Positions 57,291 through 64,000 of a stretch of DNA of 64,000 nucleotides are shown piece by piece. A program made the position numbers and the translations under genes. Position 1 is the first letter of the stretch. Every line of letters begins with the position of its first letter. The notes below the pieces were generated by a model. The model made no database searches. It had not been told where the DNA came from and was given only the letters and a program-made list of their open reading frames with translations. Source of the stretch: an uncultured Planctomycetota bacterium (GTDB lineage: Bacteria > Planctomycetota > PLA2 > JAEUHO01); contig CAVVXN010000002.1 in the NCBI GenBank assembly GCA_963752285.1, positions 192,001 to 256,000 on the forward strand, given 5' to 3'.

Positions 57291-58403
57291 TCAGACGGGC
57301 GCGAGGAGCGACCGGGCCACGGCCGCCACCGCCGCGGGCTCGAGGCCCGTCATGCAGACCGGTGCGGCGCACGCGCGGAGCCGGCAGGGGCGACAGGCGA
57401 CGTCGCTCCGCGACAGGGTCTCGAGCACGCCCGCCGTGCCGTCGGCGCGTCGCCCGTACGGCGCGTAGACGGCGGCGTCCTTGGGGCCGAAGAGCGCGAG
57501 CGTCGGGACCCCGGCGAGCGCGGCGAGGTGGAGCGGCCCCGTGTCCGCGCCCACGACGAGCGCCCCCCGCCGGAGGAGCTCGCCGAGCGTCGCGAGGTCG
57601 GGCGCCGGGAGGACCGGGACGGCGCCCTCGGCGCCGCGGGCGACGTGACGGGCGAGGGGGCCCTCGCCGGGCGGGGCGAGGACGCCGACCGCACGGCCGC
57701 CCGCGACGAGCCGCCGCGCGAGGTCCGAGAAACGATCCGGCGGCCAGCGCTTGAAGCGGCCGAACGCGCTCGTGCCCGGGAGGAGGAGCACGACCCGCTT
57801 CCCGGCGAGCCCGGCCGCGGCGAACGCGGCCTCGGCGCGGCGCGCCGCGCCGGGACGCACGGGGAGCCCGGGGTCCGCCCACGGGAGCGGTCGGTCGAGG
57901 GCGGCGGCGACGAGGCCGAGGGCCCGCTCGACCCGGTGGGGCGCCCCTGCGGGCGGGTCGAAGCGTTCGTCCGTGAGGAGGGCGTTCCCCTCCCGCGCGG
58001 TCGGCCGCGTGAAGCCGACCCGCCGCCGGGCCCGGGCCGCCCGGACGACGACCCCGCTCTTCAGGTTCCCCTGGAGGTCGATCGCCACGTCGTACGTCCG
58101 CTCCCGGAGGCGGGCGAGGAACGCACGGAGGAGGGCGAGGCGGGCGCCCGGGTGGCCCCGGGCGCGCGAGAGCGCACGCCGCGGGAGCACCACCGCGCGG
58201 TCCACCTCGGCGCGAGGGGCCACCAGGTCCCGAAACCGGTCCTCCACCGCCCAGTCGATCCGGGCGTGGGGCTCGGCCCGCCGGAGCGCCACCAGCGCCG
58301 GGAGCGCGTGCACCACGTCCCCGAGCGCGGAGAGCCGCACCAGGAGGAAACGTGGTTGCCACCCGGCGGGCGGGGCGCGGTCGCCGGCGGGCTCTCGTCG
58401 CAT
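57291..58403 (-). CDS. LPS heptosyltransferase family (GT9, WaaC-like)
   Basis: VRLSALGDVVHALP, IDLQGNLKS, KRWP, DTGPLHLAA, LFGP. Confidence 0.9.
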   Translation of the reverse strand: MRREPAGDRAPPAGWQPRFLLVRLSALGDVVHALPALVALRRAEPHARIDWAVEDRFRDLVAPRAEVDRAVVLPRRALSRARGHPGARLALLRAFLARLRERTYDVAIDLQGNLKSGVVVRAARARRRVGFTRPTAREGNALLTDERFDPPAGAPHRVERALGLVAAALDRPLPWADPGLPVRPGAARRAEAAFAAAGLAGKRVVLLLPGTSAFGRFKRWPPDRFSDLARRLVAGGRAVGVLAPPGEGPLARHVARGAEGAVPVLPAPDLATLGELLRRGALVVGADTGPLHLAALAGVPTLALFGPKDAAVYAPYGRRADGTAGVLETLSRSDVACRPCRLRACAAPVCMTGLEPAAVAAVARSLLAPV

Positions 58404-58546
58404 GGACGGCGTCTCCGGGCGGGAGGAGCGCAACCAGGGGCCGCCCACGCGGGTGTAGGTTACGAAGGCGTATCATGCCCCGAGCGGTGGCGCGGGGCCG
58501 GCGGCGGCCCTGCGGCGAGGTGGTGTTCGTGGGCGAGGCGGAGATC

Positions 58547-59683
58547 GTGCGGCGTACCCTCGGTCCGTTCCTGGGGATCCTCCTCCTCTCGCTCCCCGCG
58601 AGCCCGTCCCGCGCCGGGGACGAGCCGGGGCGCGCGCTCGACACGTTCTTCAAGGGCCGGATCACCCGGTTCGACGCGAAGACCCTGACGCTCCACTACG
58701 ACTTCTCGAAGAAGGAGCAGATGGAGGACTGGCCGGCGGGCATCCCGTTCCCGATCGAGAAGCTGCCCGACCAGGACGTCCGGTGGTTCGACGAGCGCCT
58801 CGAGGTCCGTGGCAACACCGGCGCGGGTCACCTCGCCGTGTGGCGCGGCGACATCGAGGTCCGGTGCCACATCACACCCGATGCCGAGAAAGACCTCGGC
58901 GGCTACCTCGTGCCGAGTCCCGAGAGCGACGACCTCGCGACGTTCACGCTCGCGGAGACGTACTTCCACGGGTGGGACAAGCACAGCGGCGGCCAGCTCA
59001 GCATCCTCAAGTTCGGGAAGCAGTGGCGCGAGCGCGGGAGCAGTGCGGATTTCATCGGGTTCCGCTACGTCGCCGACCGTCCCCTCGACCCGCCCATGCA
59101 GGTGGGGCACGCGGTGGACATGATGTACGGCATCAAGGGCGGGAAGCTCGTGCTCCAGGTCGGCGACGTGGACCTCGCGGGGCGCGACATCGGCACGAAG
59201 TTCAAGAACGAGCGGCCGGGCTTCTACACCGTGAAGGGCCGGATGCTCGTGGACGACGTGGACATCACCGGCCGCCTCGATCCCGCGTGGATGAAGGCGC
59301 ACGACCTCGCGTGGCGGCTGGAGACGCCGCTCACCGCCGTCGCGGCCGACCCGGAGGCGGAGAAGGCGATCGAGGCGTACGGCAAGGGCCAGGCGGCCGC
59401 CGCCGACATCGTGAAGATCGTCGGCGACCTCAGCCGGCCGGAGCCGGTGCGACAGGCCGCCGCGGAGGCGCTCGGGAAGGGCCCGAAGAAGGCGGTCCCC
59501 GCGACGCTCGACCTGCTCTACCACGCCGACCCCGACGTCCGCTCGCTCGGCATCGGGATCGTGAAGGCCCTGCTCGGCAAGGACTACGGCTACAAGGCGA
59601 CGGGCTCGGAGAGCTCGAGGAGCGTCGCGATCCGTCGGCTGAACGAGGACTTGAAGGACCACCCGGAGCTTCTCTCGGACTGA
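58547..59683 (+). CDS. Secreted hypothetical protein, beta-sandwich-like domain plus C-terminal HEAT
   Basis: GGAG SD and GTG start; signal peptide ending SRA; LHYDFS...VDDVDITG; VRQAAAEALGK; alternative ATG at 58475. Confidence 0.8.
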   Translation: MRRTLGPFLGILLLSLPASPSRAGDEPGRALDTFFKGRITRFDAKTLTLHYDFSKKEQMEDWPAGIPFPIEKLPDQDVRWFDERLEVRGNTGAGHLAVWRGDIEVRCHITPDAEKDLGGYLVPSPESDDLATFTLAETYFHGWDKHSGGQLSILKFGKQWRERGSSADFIGFRYVADRPLDPPMQVGHAVDMMYGIKGGKLVLQVGDVDLAGRDIGTKFKNERPGFYTVKGRMLVDDVDITGRLDPAWMKAHDLAWRLETPLTAVAADPEAEKAIEAYGKGQAAAADIVKIVGDLSRPEPVRQAAAEALGKGPKKAVPATLDLLYHADPDVRSLGIGIVKALLGKDYGYKATGSESSRSVAIRRLNEDLKDHPELLSD

Positions 59684-59731
59684 CGCCGGGACCCCGGCGA
59701 GGCCGGGTCGCGAGCGGGGAAGGAGGTCGCG

Positions 59732-60094
59732 ATGCGGCGCGTACGTTGGCTGGTGGTGGTGGTCACCGCTCTGGCGGTGGTTGGCTTCTTCGCCTTCGAC
59801 GCCGCCGCGCGCGGCGGTCGGGGCGGCGGCGGTGGACGTGGCGGCGGCCGCGGCGGGTTCGGCGGCGGCGGTCGGGGCCCGAGCGTCGGCGGCGGCACCG
59901 GCGGCGGTCGCGCGGGCCGAGGCGGCAAGGGTGCCAACTCGACGTCCGCCAAGGACTACGAGGTCCTCCAGAAGCAGGAGGACCGGCGCAAGCGCATCGA
60001 GGAGCGCCGGCACCAGCTGATGGAGTCCGCGCGGCAGGAACAGCAGGAGGCGCGCGAGGCCGCGCTCCGGCTCCAGGCCGCGGAGGGGCTCTGA
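59732..60094 (+). CDS. Small exported Gly/Arg-rich protein
   Basis: AAGGAGG SD; signal peptide; RGGRGGGGGRGGGRGG; charged helical C-terminus. Confidence 0.8.
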   Translation: MRRVRWLVVVVTALAVVGFFAFDAAARGGRGGGGGRGGGRGGFGGGGRGPSVGGGTGGGRAGRGGKGANSTSAKDYEVLQKQEDRRKRIEERRHQLMESARQEQQEAREAALRLQAAEGL

Positions 60095-61797
60095 TGCCCG
60101 GTCGGGCCGCGAGAGCGCCCGCCCTTGGCGTCCTCCTCGGGCTCTGGGTCGCCCTCCTCCTCTTCGGTGGGCCCCGGGCGCACGCGGCGGACGAGCCCGA
60201 CCCGAGGGCCTCCGCGCTGCACGTCGCCGACGGCGACTCGGCGTACGAAGCGGGCCGGTGGAAGGAGGCCGCCGACTGCTACTGGAAGGCGATCGAGATG
60301 GATCGCACGAACTACGACGCGCACGTGAAGTACCAGCGCGCGAGCCTGCGGCAGGGTGTGGCCGTCGCGGACCTGAGCGCGGACTACGACTCGTTCGTCC
60401 GCGACTTCCCGGCCGATCCGGCGTTCAAGCTGCACCGCGCGCGCCTCGACCCGCCCGACGCGCGCCTGAAGGAGATCGACGCCCTCGGCGGCAAGGCGAC
60501 GCCGGCCGACCTCGCGTACGAGACCGCGCTGGCGCTCCTCGAGCAGGACGACACGACGAAGGCGCTGAAGGAGCTCGAGAGCGCGGTCAAGAAGGGCGCG
60601 ACGCCCCGCGTCGAGGTCCTGCTCGTCCGGACGCTGGCGCGCGCGGGACAGTCCTCGGAGGCCGAGAAGCGCCTGAAGGACCGGCTCGACGACCCGGTCT
60701 TCGCGCTGGAGGGCGCGCGTCTGTCCCTGGCGACCGGCGCGTACGACGAGGCGGTGAAGCGGGCGGACGTGGTCCTCGCCGTCCGGCCGGCGAGCGCGGC
60801 CGCGCTCCTCGTCCGGGCCGAGGCCCGGCTGCGCACCGGGCACGAGCCGGAGGCGATCGAGATCCTGACCGGCGCCCGGCGCGCGACCCAGGATGCGACG
60901 CCCGTGCTCCTCGCCCTCGCGGGCCTCCTCGGGCACGGCCCGGACCCGGACAAGGCCCTGCCCGCCGCCGCCGAGCTCTACGACACGGTGCTGAAGCGCG
61001 ATGCGAAGGACACCCGCGCGATCTACGGCATGGCCTGGGTCCTCGAACGGCAGCTCAAGTACAAGGAGGCGGAGGATCTGTACCGGAAGGCGGCGAGCCT
61101 CCTGCCCACGGACGCGTCGTGCGTGGAGTCGATCGGCTTCGTCCTCTTCCGGCAGGGCCGCGTCTCCGACGCCGCGGTCCAGTTCAAGAAGGCGATCGAC
61201 CTGGACCCGGACTACGCGAGCGCCTACGCGAACCTCGGGGCGATGCACGACGAGAAGGCGGAGTACAACGAGGCGATCGACTGGTACGAGAAGCTCCTGA
61301 AGCTCCGGGGGCAGAAGGACAACATCCGGGCGCTCGTGAACTGCGCGTTCGACCACGAGCAGCTCGGGAACTTCTCGAAGGCGGAGAGCTACCTGCGCCA
61401 CGCCGTCGCCATCCGTCCGAAGGACGCCGACCTGGTGACCTGGCTCGCCGACAACCTCTACTTCCAGGAGAAGTGGCGGGACGCGACGAAGCTCTACCTG
61501 CAGGCCACCGACCTCGACCCGAAGGCGTTCTACGCCTGGCGCGGTCTCGGGCTGGCGTTCGGCCAGCAGAACAAGTGGTCGGACGCGGCGGACGCCCTCG
61601 AGAAGGCCAAGCAGCTGAAGCCGAAGGACCTCGACCTCCTGCTCCGGCTCGGCGGGCTCTACCTTCAGGAGCTCGAGAACCTGGACAAGGCGCTCGAGAA
61701 CTTCCAGGCGTACGAGGACAACGGCGGAGACGACCCCGCCGTGCCCGACACGATCGCCGAGATCCAGAAGCAGATCGGCGACAAGAAGAAGCACTGA
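60094..61797 (+). CDS. Exported TPR-repeat protein
   Basis: Signal peptide ending AHA; TPR units such as AAVQFKKAIDLDPDYASAYANLG. Confidence 0.9.
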   Translation: MPGRAARAPALGVLLGLWVALLLFGGPRAHAADEPDPRASALHVADGDSAYEAGRWKEAADCYWKAIEMDRTNYDAHVKYQRASLRQGVAVADLSADYDSFVRDFPADPAFKLHRARLDPPDARLKEIDALGGKATPADLAYETALALLEQDDTTKALKELESAVKKGATPRVEVLLVRTLARAGQSSEAEKRLKDRLDDPVFALEGARLSLATGAYDEAVKRADVVLAVRPASAAALLVRAEARLRTGHEPEAIEILTGARRATQDATPVLLALAGLLGHGPDPDKALPAAAELYDTVLKRDAKDTRAIYGMAWVLERQLKYKEAEDLYRKAASLLPTDASCVESIGFVLFRQGRVSDAAVQFKKAIDLDPDYASAYANLGAMHDEKAEYNEAIDWYEKLLKLRGQKDNIRALVNCAFDHEQLGNFSKAESYLRHAVAIRPKDADLVTWLADNLYFQEKWRDATKLYLQATDLDPKAFYAWRGLGLAFGQQNKWSDAADALEKAKQLKPKDLDLLLRLGGLYLQELENLDKALENFQAYEDNGGDDPAVPDTIAEIQKQIGDKKKH

Positions 61798-61844
61798 GCG
61801 CGGCGACGGGCCCGGCCCCGCCCGCCCGCAGGGGCGTGGTGTGG

Positions 61845-64000
61845 TCAGACGCCGACGCCGATCCTCGGCGCGTCGAGGTGCGCGTCCTCGGGAGCCGGGC
61901 GGTCCGCTCTCGGTGCGCTCTCGAACGACCATCCGGTCTTGAGCCCGAGCACGAACCACACGAAGCCCGCGACCCCGGCGAGGAACGTGGTGTCGCCGAT
62001 CATGCGGAGCCAGCGCAGGCTCACGATCAGCGGCTGCTGGAGGAAGTCGGCGGACCGCGCGTACCAGAGGCCCGTTTCGATGCTCGCGTGCGCCTGGAGG
62101 ATCCCGATCGGCAGGAGCGAGAGCCCGATCATCAGCGCGAGGCCGACGTTCAGGGCCCAGAACGAGAAGCGGAGCGCGCCCGTGCGCCACGTCCCCTCCG
62201 GCCGGAGCCGGCGCAGCACGATCAGGGTCAACCCGAGCGCGAGGAGCCCGTACACGCCGAAGAGCGCCGCGTGGCCGTGGACCGGGGTCGTGTTGAGGCC
62301 CTGCATGTAGTAGAGGGCGATCGGCGGGTTGATGAGGAACCCGAAGAGACCGGCGCCCACGAGGTTCCAGAACGCGACCGCGACGAAGCAGCGTAGCGGC
62401 CAGCGGTAGCGCTGCATCCAGGGGGCCTGACGCCCCCGCCGGATCGTCTCCCACGCCTCGCGGCCGATCAGCACCAGGGGCACCACCTCCAGCGCGCTGA
62501 ACGTGGCGCCGATGGCCATCACGCCGACCGGGGTGCCGGCGAAGTAGAGGTGATGGAAGGTCCCGGGAATGCCGCCGAGGAGGAAGATCGCGGTCGAGTA
62601 CAGGACGCCGCGCGTCGCGGTCGAGGCGCGGATCAGGCCGAAGCGCTGGAAGAGGAACGCGATGGCGGCCGTGGCGAAGACCTCCATGAAGCCCTCGACC
62701 CACAGGTGCACGACCCACCAGCGCCAGTACTCCATCACCGTCAGGTGCGTGCGCGCGCCGTAGAGGAGGCCCGCGCCGTAGAAGAGGCCGATGGCGCCGG
62801 CGGACCCGGCGAACAGCAGGACGAGAGGACGCCGGCTCGAGCGCTCGCGGAGCGCGGGCCACAGCCCACGGAGGGTGAGGACGAGCCAGAGGAGGAGCCC
62901 GACGTAGAGCAGCACCTGCCAGAAGCGGCCGAGATCCACGTACTCGTAGCCCTGGTGCCCGAACCAGAACGTGGCGCCCGTGCCCAGCTTCTGCTGCACC
63001 GCGAACCACTCGCCCGCGAGCGAGCCGCCGACGACCAGGAGGAGCGCGCCGAAGAGGACGTTCACGCCGAGGCGCTGGAACCGCGGCTCTCGGCCGCCCA
63101 CCGCGGGCGCGAGGAAGAGACCCACTGCGAGGAACGCGGTCGCGATCCAGAACACGCCCGTCTGGATGTGCCACGTGCGCGTGACCGCGTACGGGAGGAT
63201 CTTGAAGAGGGGGAGGCCGAAGAAGCCGTCTCCCTCGACCGTGTAGTGCGCGGTGAGCGCGCCGAGCATCACCTGCACCACGAAGAGACCGACCACGGCG
63301 ACGCAGAACTTCCCGACGGCCCGCATCGAGGGGGTCAGGCGGATCTGGTCGAGCGGGTCCTTGGGCGCGGGAAGCGGGTCGTTCTCGGCCTTCCGGCGTC
63401 CCGCCTCGTACCAGACGAGCGTGCCGACGCCGCCGAGGAGCACGACGATGCTGACGATCGACCACAGCACGTTGGCCCCGCTCGGCTGGTTTTCGACGAG
63501 GGGCTCGTGCGGCCAGTTGTTGGTGTACGTGACCGCGCTGTCCGGACGCGCGGTGGTGCAGGCCCACGCGGTCCAGAAGAAGAACCGCGTCATGGCCTCG
63601 CGCCGCGGCAGGTCGGGGATCGCGTCCGTCTGGAGCGCGTACGCGCTCCGCAGGGAGGCGAGGGACGGGTCGTCGCCGAAGAGCGCGAGGTAGTGCGCGC
63701 CGACCTGCTCGACGGCGGCGGCGCGGTCCTTCGAGATCACGAGATCGCCCGTCTTCGGGTCGTACCGGTTGGTCCGCATCTCCCGGACGAGGCGCGCGCG
63801 AAGCGCGGCCTGCGTCTCGGCGTCGAGCGCGTCGTACGAGACGCCGTGCTCCCGCCGGCTCCAGAGGTCGAGGAGCGCGACGGACTCGCGATGCAGCCAG
63901 TCTGCGGACCAGTCCGGCGCCTGGTAGGCGCCGTGCCCCCAGATCGAGCCGACCTGCTGGCCGCCCATGCTCTGCCAGGCCTGCTGGCCGTCGAGGATCA
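61845..64000 (-). CDS. norB: Quinol-dependent nitric oxide reductase (qNor); 5' end lies beyond the window
   Basis: GSIWGHGAYQAPDWSADWLH, YTNNWP, WWVVHLWVEG, GTFHHLY, SALEVVPL, HGHAALFG; frame stays open to the window edge. Confidence 0.96.
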   Translation of the reverse strand, partial: ILDGQQAWQSMGGQQVGSIWGHGAYQAPDWSADWLHRESVALLDLWSRREHGVSYDALDAETQAALRARLVREMRTNRYDPKTGDLVISKDRAAAVEQVGAHYLALFGDDPSLASLRSAYALQTDAIPDLPRREAMTRFFFWTAWACTTARPDSAVTYTNNWPHEPLVENQPSGANVLWSIVSIVVLLGGVGTLVWYEAGRRKAENDPLPAPKDPLDQIRLTPSMRAVGKFCVAVVGLFVVQVMLGALTAHYTVEGDGFFGLPLFKILPYAVTRTWHIQTGVFWIATAFLAVGLFLAPAVGGREPRFQRLGVNVLFGALLLVVGGSLAGEWFAVQQKLGTGATFWFGHQGYEYVDLGRFWQVLLYVGLLLWLVLTLRGLWPALRERSSRRPLVLLFAGSAGAIGLFYGAGLLYGARTHLTVMEYWRWWVVHLWVEGFMEVFATAAIAFLFQRFGLIRASTATRGVLYSTAIFLLGGIPGTFHHLYFAGTPVGVMAIGATFSALEVVPLVLIGREAWETIRRGRQAPWMQRYRWPLRCFVAVAFWNLVGAGLFGFLINPPIALYYMQGLNTTPVHGHAALFGVYGLLALGLTLIVLRRLRPEGTWRTGALRFSFWALNVGLALMIGLSLLPIGILQAHASIETGLWYARSADFLQQPLIVSLRWLRMIGDTTFLAGVAGFVWFVLGLKTGWSFESAPRADRPAPEDAHLDAPRIGVGV

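Noticed and set aside
61845..64000. qNor as a putative NO dismutase (Nod)
   Set aside because: Canonical residues are present (HLWVEG, GTFHH, SALEVVPL, quinol-site His and Asp), so it reads as an ordinary qNor

Overview
Very GC-rich, densely coding bacterial chromosome segment with about 52 CDS and one tRNA-Thr(CGT). I found no integrase, transposase, prophage, CRISPR array or rRNA. A Planctomycetota/PVC origin is inferred, not proven, from the tpiA-secG-yicC-gmk-rpoZ-stand-alone coaC order, an OmcB-like DUF11 lipoprotein, and many HEAT/TPR/FHA/Ser-Thr kinase proteins. Housekeeping genes include glyQS, lysA, kdsA, aroF, tpiA, secG, gmk, rpoZ, ftsK, rimO, pgsA, pgpA, two GT9 heptosyltransferases, cstA and a canonical qNor. 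The best leads are: (1) a motor-less FtsK paralogue (membrane domain, disordered repeat linker, FtsK-gamma) directly behind ftsK, in the slot RodZ occupies in other bacteria; (2) a promoter-to-terminator structured RNA upstream of the OmcB-like gene; (3) a BldC-like mini-HTH coupled to a WhiG-like sigma factor behind tandem NrdR-like boxes; (4) apparent pseudo-enzymes (dead ApgM, exported pseudo-receiver); (5) a sigma54 promoter with tandem repeats driving an elaB/yqjE/yqjK-like operon. All family calls are by-eye motif recognition; no searches were run. Most long ORFs in the supplied track are GC-rich shadow frames.
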